Positions 1 through 7,610 of a stretch of DNA of 64,000 nt are shown here, in pieces. Numbering within the stretch: position 1 is the stretch's first letter; each line of letters starts with the position of its first letter. Origin of the DNA: a virus. Both the position numbers and the translations under genes were made by a program. The notes beneath the pieces are model-generated. The model saw only the letters and a program-made list of their open reading frames with translations, did no database searches and had not been told where the DNA came from. The stretch lies in the IMG/VR virus record IMGVR_UViG_3300018083_000001. One strand, given 5' to 3'.

Positions 1-555
1 CGCAGAAGCCCGGAACACAGTAACAGTCGCCCCACCAGCAAAACCGGATCGAACCGCAGGACGCACTTCAATTGTTAAAGAGCCACCGCCAGAAGCTGTG
101 CCACCTTCACTAACCCGATGTAAAGCCCTTACAGTCGTACCGCTGGTATAATCAAATGACAGATAATCTCCCGGCGATAAGATAAAACCGGCAGGCAAGC
201 TGCCAAGAACAATGGTATATGGAAGCGTTACAGACGTCAATGTGCACGTGCCGGTAAATCCTCCAAGGAAACCAGTATTTGCGTAGGCTAATGGATATTG
301 TCGGTATTGATCGTAGCCATAGAACTCTTGTATTGAAGACAATGTATCAAACCAAGCGCGCGCAACCCCCATCTTGGTAGCGTCCATTGCCTCAGATCGC
401 CATTCTCCAAGCCATAGATTTGGACCAATATCAAGAGCAATCTGCCGACCGGATCGTAATGGTGATATTTCCAGCATCGGCTTCAAGGTAAATGTAAGAC
501 CAGAAAGACGGTCACTTAGCTCAGATGGTATTGCCCTTGGGAAGGTAATAGCCAT
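1..555 (-). CDS. tail protein directly downstream of tape measure (distal-tail / minor-tail slot); 3' end outside the window
   Basis: My own minus-strand translation from ATG 553-555 (MAITFPRAIPSELSDRLSGLTF...) stays open for 185 codons to base 1. The ATG overlaps the TMP stop (TAATG) and GGAGG lies upstream. It is absent from the ORF track because there is no stop in the window. Confidence 0.6.
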   Translation of the reverse strand, partial: MAITFPRAIPSELSDRLSGLTFTLKPMLEISPLRSGRQIALDIGPNLWLGEWRSEAMDATKMGVARAWFDTLSSIQEFYGYDQYRQYPLAYANTGFLGGFTGTCTLTSVTLPYTIVLGSLPAGFILSPGDYLSFDYTSGTTVRALHRVSEGGTASGGGSLTIEVRPAVRSGFAGGATVTVFRASA

Positions 556-2969
556 TATACACCTCCCACCCTGCGGCTTTTGGCGTCTTGCATAGTCCGG
601 ATCACGATGCTTGGTATCTCCCTTTGCCGCGCCGCAATACGTTCATCAATCATTGCGACAGTTTTCTCGGATGCGTCCCCCTGGATGATGATATTGGTAC
701 CGCCGATATTTACTCCACCGCCGCGGCCATAGCTTTGTGTCTCCTCGCGACTAAGCACCCTCTCGCCAGGATGGGCTATGATCGGCACCCCATCGTCCGT
801 GATCATACCGCCACTGGCAAAGTGCGGGGCATTATCAAAGTATGCCGGATGGACCCATGTTGGTGTGCCTCTATCTCTTCCGACCAAGCCGCCTCTTCTG
901 AAGGCTCCCTCAATATTCAAGTTCCATGTATCATTAAACGATGGACTTGGATCCAACTTGGCATCTAATGGACTGAATGCGCCTTCGCTCATAACCGTGA
1001 CGCCTTTATCGCCGCCACCTCCTCCACCACCTAACAATTTTCCTAGTGCTCCTACTCCTGCGCCACCTCCTGCTGCTCCAGCAGCACCAGTAATAAGACT
1101 ACCGATACCACCACCACCGCCAATTCCAGTCAGCGCGGCTTTCAACGCCAGAGCGATAGGCTGAAGGATCAGCATCTGATTCATCATGCTTAGTAACGTG
1201 CGGATAGTCTGCAATCCAAATTCCTTCATAGCCTCGCTGGCGGACTTGGTACCCATCTGGAAATCAAGCAAAGCGTTATTCATGTTACTGAGGCCGACAA
1301 TAGCCACTTGATCAAGTTGCTTATTCAAATTAGCCGTCTCATTGATAAAGCTTTGCAGATGCGGCAAGCTTGATCCATAGACCTTCGCGGCTTCTGCCGC
1401 CTCCTTGGCGTGACGGGCATAATTGCTCATACTTGTATTGGCTTCTTGCTGCGTAAGATGCCCCTTCATAACTTCAATATTTAATTCTTTTTGCTTTTGA
1501 ATCATAAGCTCATCAGCAGTAACAATACCATTTGCAGCACGAACCTGTAGAATGGTATTAGATCGGGTTGCCTCTTCAACGGCCTTTGTCTCTTCAAGTA
1601 TGTTCTTCGCCTGCCTTGAAGTTATCCCAGCGCCAGCTTCGCGATTAGCCTTCTCAATCTCAAGACGTTTCAATTTAACAATATCAGTGATCTTGGCCTC
1701 TTCGCCAAGTAGATTAATACGTGCTTGTAGGGCAGACATTGCCTCGTTTGACTTAAATGCAGCAAGAGCACGGTCAGCGTATACCCGGAATGATTCCCCA
1801 TTCTTTGCTACTGCTGCGTCTAGCTCTTTGACTTTGAGCGCAAGACGCTCTGCTGGCGTTGCAGCATCACCAAGCACTTCCATCCATTTCTTAGTTTCAT
1901 TGTATGCCCGGATGGCGGCTTTCCTCGCCTCCTCTAAAGTTTTCTCTGGAGTGGCTACTGGAAAGACCGTGATTGCTACTGGTGATCGCGTTCCTCCACG
2001 AGTTTGCGTCTCATCCGTCGATTGCGCAGCTATCTTTGCAATAGACGTAGCAGCAGATAATAATTTCTCAGAAGCCCAATTAAGCAATTCCAAAACCTTC
2101 CCGGAAAAAATCTGAATGATTGCTGTACGAGCTGCGGCCATGTTCTTGGTAATGCTGTCCCCAAGGTCATCGAATTTTTTGGCGTTTTGCTCAGTGATAT
2201 TCTGCAACATGTTCAGATCAGACGTGAGCTTGCCAAGACCGCCACCCTCTTGCGACGCTCCAAGCAAGCGAGAGATGCCGCCGCCACCTCGACCAAAGAT
2301 TTGTCGAGACAGAACCAACGCCTGTTCCTGCGAACCAGCTTTGGCCGCCTTAGCTACCAAGTCCCAAGCTTCAGCAAGATCAGTCGTCTCAGAGATTTGT
2401 TTAGCGATAGCTGGATTCATCAACAGAAGCTGCTCGTAAACTGGACCTGTTGCCTCCTTAACATTGTCCATCTCAAATGAGAATTTTTCTAATCCCTTTG
2501 AGACAGAATTAGCAGACACGCCAACCTCAGCACCAGCCTTCTGCAAAGCTTGAATTTGCGTCGTTGTAAACGTAGTGGTCTCAGCAAAGTCTCTTAACTC
2601 ACCTGCCTTGTTTGCCATTTCAAGTGCGGCCTCTGCGGCTTTATGAAAGGCAAAAGCAAGAACGCCAAGTGTACCAGCAATAGCCACTCCTGCTACGCCG
2701 AATGATCGTAAGGCGGTTGTTATAATTCCAAAGCTACCACTAGCCAATGTGTTTTGCGCAACGACCTGCGTCATAGCATTCTTGACGGCAGTGATCTGAG
2801 TGGCGTGTCGTTCCATGCCGCCAGACGTTGTCCTTGCGCGAATATCCATCTCATGTAATTTAACTTCAGTGTTTTGTGCCTCCTTGTTGAACGCCTTGAG
2901 TGAAGCTGTCCCTTTATCCAAAGGGGCAGAGTCAACGGCAAATCCAAGCTCAGCAACAGTAGCCGCCAT
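555..2969 (-). CDS. tail tape measure protein
   Basis: 804 aa. The N-terminal two-thirds is long and helical, with Gly runs (GIGGGGGIG, LLGGGGGGGD). It lies after the G/G-T chaperone pair and before the distal tail gene. Confidence 0.85.
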   Translation of the reverse strand: MAATVAELGFAVDSAPLDKGTASLKAFNKEAQNTEVKLHEMDIRARTTSGGMERHATQITAVKNAMTQVVAQNTLASGSFGIITTALRSFGVAGVAIAGTLGVLAFAFHKAAEAALEMANKAGELRDFAETTTFTTTQIQALQKAGAEVGVSANSVSKGLEKFSFEMDNVKEATGPVYEQLLLMNPAIAKQISETTDLAEAWDLVAKAAKAGSQEQALVLSRQIFGRGGGGISRLLGASQEGGGLGKLTSDLNMLQNITEQNAKKFDDLGDSITKNMAAARTAIIQIFSGKVLELLNWASEKLLSAATSIAKIAAQSTDETQTRGGTRSPVAITVFPVATPEKTLEEARKAAIRAYNETKKWMEVLGDAATPAERLALKVKELDAAVAKNGESFRVYADRALAAFKSNEAMSALQARINLLGEEAKITDIVKLKRLEIEKANREAGAGITSRQAKNILEETKAVEEATRSNTILQVRAANGIVTADELMIQKQKELNIEVMKGHLTQQEANTSMSNYARHAKEAAEAAKVYGSSLPHLQSFINETANLNKQLDQVAIVGLSNMNNALLDFQMGTKSASEAMKEFGLQTIRTLLSMMNQMLILQPIALALKAALTGIGGGGGIGSLITGAAGAAGGGAGVGALGKLLGGGGGGGDKGVTVMSEGAFSPLDAKLDPSPSFNDTWNLNIEGAFRRGGLVGRDRGTPTWVHPAYFDNAPHFASGGMITDDGVPIIAHPGERVLSREETQSYGRGGGVNIGGTNIIIQGDASEKTVAMIDERIAARQREIPSIVIRTMQDAKSRRVGGV

Positions 2970-2976
2970 GTGGTTC

Positions 2977-3348
2977 TCACTTCAAGAGATTATCGAACAA
3001 ATCCGGAGTCATGTCCTTTGGAATGACTTCTTCTGTCTTGTTACCATTCGTCCATGACACGTAATAGCTATCTAGCCGCCGAATGACAAGAAGCTCAAAC
3101 GGACTAAGTTGTACGTGATTGAGTTTTTGCCAAGCAAGATACTCGCTCGATTTGACAAAACTAACTGGATCGAAATCTCTGTCTCTGCTGATAGACAGAA
3201 ACCAATACCACAGATAGCTCAACTCTGGAGGCTCGTCAGTATTTGGACTAGCAAACTGAGCCCGACCGAAATCAATTAGCTTTTCGGCAAGGCTTTCGAA
3301 AAATTTGCTCTTGCTCCACAAAAATCGTTGCCTTGCTCGAACAACCAA
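2977..3348 (-). CDS. T part of tail assembly chaperone G-T (expressed by -1 frameshift from the upstream ORF)
   Basis: The -1 frame ORF overlaps the 3' 73 nt of ORF 3276-3710. After the slip, AAA TTT TTC GAA AGC... reads KFFESLAEKLIDFG, exactly as in the track protein. Confidence 0.6.
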   Translation of the reverse strand: MVVRARQRFLWSKSKFFESLAEKLIDFGRAQFASPNTDEPPELSYLWYWFLSISRDRDFDPVSFVKSSEYLAWQKLNHVQLSPFELLVIRRLDSYYVSWTNGNKTEEVIPKDMTPDLFDNLLK

Positions 3349-3710
3349 CGATGGTTGTTGTAAGCAACCCGGTATTCATCCGGCTTATTCTGCGCTGGTG
3401 TCCCATCTGACAGTGGGATGTCCCATTCCTTGGTCGCTACAACAAGCAACTCGATTGCATCCTTATCCAATGCAGAGGCGAGTTGCGGTGATCTAGTCCG
3501 CATCATCGTTAGTGCCCGTCTATCTGCTTGCTGACGGGACACTCGCACGATCCGCTCAGAGTCAGAACCATAATAGGTAATGGTCCACGGTCGCCCATCG
3601 GGCCACCGCAGTACCTCACCATCAATATAGCTGCGCACTTCCATAGTGGCTCCTTCTTCAGAGCCAACTGTGGTATCAAAAGAGTCAAGTCCAAGGCTTC
3701 GATTACTCAC
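3276..3710 (-). CDS. tail assembly chaperone (G-like)
   Basis: 144 aa with a GTG start overlapping the upstream stop (GTGA). It sits immediately upstream of the tape measure and carries a slippery heptamer near its 3' end. Confidence 0.7.
   Translation of the reverse strand: MSNRSLGLDSFDTTVGSEEGATMEVRSYIDGEVLRWPDGRPWTITYYGSDSERIVRVSRQQADRRALTMMRTRSPQLASALDKDAIELLVVATKEWDIPLSDGTPAQNKPDEYRVAYNNHRWLFEQGNDFCGARANFSKALPKS
3300..3306 (-). promoter_or_regulatory. -1 programmed ribosomal frameshift slippery heptamer A_AAT_TTT
   Basis: On the minus strand, GCA AAT TTT TCG is in the zero frame of the G ORF. The X_XXY_YYZ pattern re-pairs as AAA TTT in the -1 frame, which is the open T frame. Confidence 0.6.
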
Positions 3711-4120
3711 AGGGTTACTCCTGGTGTTTGGATGCGAAGGCTCAGAACCGTCGTTGACTTTGCTAAGCCAAGAAGGTTCACCGTCTCACCCGAGGTGATC
3801 ATATCTGCTTGCGGTTGAATACCACCTGGCGTCTCCGACAGGTAGTAAGGCGAACCAGCGACAAGCGTTGCACCGATCGTGACATCGCCGGAAACAGCAA
3901 CCTCAATAGTCTGTCCCGTGCCAGCGCTATTGAGAGCGATGCCGCCTGGTGTCTTAGACTCAGCCGTTGCACCATTGTTGTCGGCAAGTTTCCACTGACC
4001 CGTGGCTGCTTCCCGGTAGACAACTTGTCCTGCTGTGACAGAAGCACCAGCAATGCCGCCTTGAGTTGAAGCGTTGCCCGCAGCAACGACGTTGGCCGGT
4101 GTTATGGTGAGATCAACCAT
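3707..4120 (-). CDS. hypothetical tail-module protein
   Basis: 137 aa from ATG 4120, with GGAG 8 nt upstream. The longer 180-aa track ORF would overlap the tube gene. The sequence is Gly/Ala/Thr-rich and beta-type; I did not recognise the family. Confidence 0.5.
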   Translation of the reverse strand: MVDLTITPANVVAAGNASTQGGIAGASVTAGQVVYREAATGQWKLADNNGATAESKTPGGIALNSAGTGQTIEVAVSGDVTIGATLVAGSPYYLSETPGGIQPQADMITSGETVNLLGLAKSTTVLSLRIQTPGVTL

Positions 4121-4172
4121 TTGACGAACTCCATGAGTTGGACGAAAGAAGGATAAAGATGAAGCGCGACGA

Positions 4173-4652
4173 TCATGTCGCGGCAACACGAACAACGTTA
4201 GAGTTGATCTCCAACGTAGCATTAACCTCGCGAATGGTATTAGCACCACCGCCTTGATCTTGCGCAGTCATAGCCAGGGCGATGAAGTATCTTTTTGACG
4301 GAGCGCCAGCCGCTATCTGATCGTTCAGATCGATGCGGAAGGCATAATTGTTCTTGTTGTTCGGTTGCGATGCCGCCAGAAGAGCGATCTGTCCGGGATC
4401 AGTCGGTTGCGACGCAAATACGTTCTGCATCGTGCCAGCGTTTGCCGTGCCCTTCTGCTTGATGTCACGGCCACGATTAATGATGGCGGTTGTGATGGCT
4501 TGCGCCGCGTCACCAATAGCGCCCATCGTAGACCAACCGTCAATTTCGGTCCAGACCTGCGACGTGAAATCAGATTCAATGAAGTCAGTAGGCTTATCGG
4601 CGAGCACACCGCCGATGAAGATATGGCAACCTGCGACTGGATAGAGAGCCAT
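4173..4652 (-). CDS. major tail (tube) protein candidate
   Basis: 159 aa, lying between the terminator-like gene and the chaperones. Size, position and beta-rich sequence fit a siphovirus tube protein. The family was not verified. Confidence 0.6.
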   Translation of the reverse strand: MALYPVAGCHIFIGGVLADKPTDFIESDFTSQVWTEIDGWSTMGAIGDAAQAITTAIINRGRDIKQKGTANAGTMQNVFASQPTDPGQIALLAASQPNNKNNYAFRIDLNDQIAAGAPSKRYFIALAMTAQDQGGGANTIREVNATLEINSNVVRVAAT

Positions 4653-4677
4653 CTAGTTTTCTCCTTCAAAGATGATT

Positions 4678-5121
4678 TTAAGCGGTGGGTCTTGCGTAGC
4701 AACGGTACAGAAGGCGCACTGGAATGATCCACCATGAACCATCTGTAAACCCTTGAGTGACTTGTGGAGACTCATATAGCGTTACCACGAAGTCATCATC
4801 GATGATTGTGGTTCCACGTTTGAAGTAAGCAGCAACGTCCGCAGCGATCCGCCTTGGCTCTGTGTCGCTACCCCTGATGCCGCAGAAGACATCAAGTTGA
4901 AAGATACCATAGTGTTGTTGATAAGAATTATAAGGAATACCCAACGCGAACGATGGCGCTGGAATAAAAGAAGCCCGCAGATATTTTGCCGTTGGTGTTG
5001 GCGTCGGTGGCGTGAAGTCCTTGTTAGGCTCAGCCAACGGGAGACTGACTGAAGTGGCAAAGGCTCGTGCTTGTACGAGCAACCCTTCCTCAATTGCCAC
5101 TTCTGCTACGTCATCAACCAT
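4678..5121 (-). CDS. tail terminator / tail completion protein candidate
   Basis: 147 aa from ATG 5121, overlapping the upstream stop (ATGGTTGA). It occupies the slot between the gp10-family gene and the tube gene. Confidence 0.5.
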   Translation of the reverse strand: MVDDVAEVAIEEGLLVQARAFATSVSLPLAEPNKDFTPPTPTPTAKYLRASFIPAPSFALGIPYNSYQQHYGIFQLDVFCGIRGSDTEPRRIAADVAAYFKRGTTIIDDDFVVTLYESPQVTQGFTDGSWWIIPVRLLYRCYARPTA

Positions 5122-5563
5122 TTGATCTCTCTGCAACACGGTTCTTTAATTCATTGACGACTTGATTCACCGTCTGTGGCCATTGTATTACAGCTTGACC
5201 GACATATGCCCGCGGCGCCATCTTGGATGTTCCATATTCCACAAACCCAGCGTAGCTTGCGGTGTAACCGACATAGATCGTTTGACCGATCTTGGCGCCA
5301 GCAATAGCGAGCGTAACGTCTCCAGGCAAGGCCGTCCTGCGCCGCCGCGAACCGCCACCACTAGATTTTTCCGAACTGATACGCGGCATCTCACTAACAG
5401 ACGCTTGAACGGAAGCCCGGAGAAAACCCGTATCAACGGGAACTAGGCTTTGTGCTATTGATATTGTACGTCTTGTACTCTCGCGAAACACGGCATTCAT
5501 GCGCTGCTCTGTTGCACGAACCCAATCGTCAATTTGCGCACCAAATGAAAGTTTATTGGCCAC
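5114..5563 (-). CDS. HK97 gp10-family head-tail/tail component
   Basis: 149 aa. The VPVDTGFLRAS motif is typical of the family. GTG start with a GGAGAAG RBS. Confidence 0.75.
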   Translation of the reverse strand: MANKLSFGAQIDDWVRATEQRMNAVFRESTRRTISIAQSLVPVDTGFLRASVQASVSEMPRISSEKSSGGGSRRRRTALPGDVTLAIAGAKIGQTIYVGYTASYAGFVEYGTSKMAPRAYVGQAVIQWPQTVNQVVNELKNRVAERSNG

Positions 5564-5663
5564 CGAAAAACTTCTCCATCAATATGTGGATCAATACTAG
5601 GACCGCCCCAGAAAGAACGACCACTGAGGCTGTTATGAATATGAACCACATCCATTCTGGCAT
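5553..5663 (-). CDS. possible 36-aa single-pass membrane peptide
   Basis: My own translation gives MPEWMWFIFITASVVVLSGAVLVLIHILMEKFFGGQ. It fills the gap between the morphogenesis gene and the gp10-family gene. It is below the track size cutoff and the RBS is weak. Confidence 0.3.
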   Translation of the reverse strand: MPEWMWFIFITASVVVLSGAVLVLIHILMEKFFGGQ

Positions 5664-5667
5664 TGCA

Positions 5668-6690
5668 TCATTTGACTCCAGCAAGGAAGTCAACCACAGG
5701 TTCGCGCCAACATCGACAATTGATTACCTCGTCTGCCGGTCCATTTGGATCACCGGGATACATTAGCGCAACTCCATTGCCGGTTATAAATGGTTCATCT
5801 TGTTTAACGACTTGGCCATCCATAACCCGATGAGAGTCACGGGTACGATCATCGTGCGTCGCATGCCACATATATTCAACATTTTCTTTTTCAATAGCGC
5901 CCTGCGAGATACCTTGTCGCATCGCCTCATCCTGCGATTGATGCAAGGCGGCCATTGATTCGGTCCGTGCTATCGCTTCTGCGCGAAACTTCAATGCGCG
6001 GTTTTTGTAAGACGTAACCATCTTCTCCCGCAGCTCAGCAGGCACTGGCGCACCTTCCTCTGCCGCACGTCTCACTGCTCCATCAAACCTTTTGTCTCTG
6101 AGCGTACGGTTGAGCGCTGCCCCTGGCGCATCTGAGGCAAGTTCGTCCCGGTAATTGCGAACCCATTCCGCTTGCGACGAAGTGAGTCCCAATGTGCCGC
6201 CCTCACGGCGTCCAGACGCGCCAATACGTCCAACGAGATCGAGTGACGCAGTGCGCGGGTTGAGTCCTTTAGCCATCCCATCTGTTAGATGCTCCCGGAT
6301 CATATTGCGCTGATCTTCAAGTATCTCTGTGATTGACTTAGATGAATGTGCGCTAAGCCATTGCTCTGCGCTTTGATTGCGAACGGAAAATTGAATGACG
6401 GTCCTGAAGCCTTGTGGGTTCCTCGTGACAGGAATAAGTCTAGCTGTGGCGTTGCCTCCTGCTTCAAAGGCATTACCAATAGTCGCATCCCATTTGCGAA
6501 ATTGCACGGGATCAAGACCAACAGCACTAACAGCACCAGCAACATCGCCACTCTCAAGCATCCTAGCAATCTGCTGGATGTCAGCTCCCTTTCGCATATT
6601 CTGGACGGCATCATTGAATGCCTTTTGTAATTCGACATCCCAATGATCGATCAACCTATCAAAGAGACGATTTGTTCTAGCCTTCGCCAT
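5668..6690 (-). CDS. head morphogenesis / minor capsid protein (SPP1 gp7 / Mu F family)
   Basis: 340 aa. The C-terminal WHATHDDRTRDSHRVMDGQ ... EVINCRCW signature matches the family. Confidence 0.85.
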   Translation of the reverse strand: MAKARTNRLFDRLIDHWDVELQKAFNDAVQNMRKGADIQQIARMLESGDVAGAVSAVGLDPVQFRKWDATIGNAFEAGGNATARLIPVTRNPQGFRTVIQFSVRNQSAEQWLSAHSSKSITEILEDQRNMIREHLTDGMAKGLNPRTASLDLVGRIGASGRREGGTLGLTSSQAEWVRNYRDELASDAPGAALNRTLRDKRFDGAVRRAAEEGAPVPAELREKMVTSYKNRALKFRAEAIARTESMAALHQSQDEAMRQGISQGAIEKENVEYMWHATHDDRTRDSHRVMDGQVVKQDEPFITGNGVALMYPGDPNGPADEVINCRCWREPVVDFLAGVK

Positions 6691-6955
6691 CGGTTTCTTC
6701 TTGAGTTGTATCTAACAAATTAGCAAGACGATATTGTAGCATGACGACAGCGCCAAGAATTAAACCAGCATTGCCGATTGTGTTCTCTGAAACGCAGCAA
6801 TTGATAGCCGAGTTTGGCTTTACATAGGCAATTGCCACTTCAGTTATATCTCCTGCCTTGGCCATCTTGAGAATCATCTCAAGCGTCTCAATCGCTGACT
6901 CGCGATCTGAGTCAATACGCTTCTTGAACTTTACAACCTTTGGTTTTTCTCTCAC
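6677..6955 (-). CDS. hypothetical protein
   Basis: 92 aa with a GTG start in a GTGA overlap with the upstream stop. Confidence 0.5.
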   Translation of the reverse strand: MREKPKVVKFKKRIDSDRESAIETLEMILKMAKAGDITEVAIAYVKPNSAINCCVSENTIGNAGLILGAVVMLQYRLANLLDTTQEETDGEG

Positions 6956-7305
6956 ATCCGCCCTCTACATGTCCAGACTGCTGTTGCTGGATCAGTTGAT
7001 ACTTCAAGAACCATAAATTCCTGACCGCCATTTATCGTAACAACATCTCCAACCTTAGGCATGACCGATATGCTACCAGCAAGGATCATGATCTTGCGTT
7101 CATTCTCCGCCACAAGGCCATCTGCGCGCAACGACATTGAATATGTTTCAACAAGTGCCTTACAAGAATGAGTCGCTGTTACAAATTCAATTGAATCGCC
7201 ACTACCAACAACCTCAGTATCCCGTCTTAGGATTGCTGGAAAGAACACGTCAGTGAACGCTTTGTTAATTTGCGAAGCCATAGCGGCAATCGGAGAAGTG
7301 GCCAT
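6952..7305 (-). CDS. head-tail joining / head closure protein candidate
   Basis: 117 aa. Size and position in the connector cluster fit. The call rests on weak sequence resemblance only. Confidence 0.4.
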   Translation of the reverse strand: MATSPIAAMASQINKAFTDVFFPAILRRDTEVVGSGDSIEFVTATHSCKALVETYSMSLRADGLVAENERKIMILAGSISVMPKVGDVVTINGGQEFMVLEVSTDPATAVWTCRGRM

Positions 7306-7306
7306 G

Positions 7307-7603
7307 TTATTTTGTCTTCACTTTGAGTTTGACAGTTTGATCCCAGGTACGTCCGCCTGTCGTCAAGATGCGATTGATCAATTTATAAGTGACACCTTCA
7401 GTACCGCCAGATAGCCATATCGTTGTCGTTGTAGCGGTAAAGCTATCGCTGTTCTTGACGAGGCCAACTGGAACGATCCAAGTAGATGTTTGAATTACAT
7501 CACCGAGTGTACGTCCCGGTTGCGTTGCATTTCCTGCCCAATTGAGACTATAATCGGCAATCTCATCCGGGTCTTTGTTATCCCACTTGCCTGATAATGC
7601 CAC
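7307..7603 (-). CDS. hypothetical small beta-rich virion-module protein
   Basis: 98 aa with a GTG start, directly downstream of the 1838-aa gene. Confidence 0.5.
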   Translation of the reverse strand: MALSGKWDNKDPDEIADYSLNWAGNATQPGRTLGDVIQTSTWIVPVGLVKNSDSFTATTTTIWLSGGTEGVTYKLINRILTTGGRTWDQTVKLKVKTK

Positions 7604-7610
7604 TGTCGTC

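Noticed and set aside
778-1164. Pro-rich 128-aa plus-strand ORF
   Set aside because: It is the antisense reading of the Gly-rich segment of the tape measure gene (GGN codons read as NCC = Pro).
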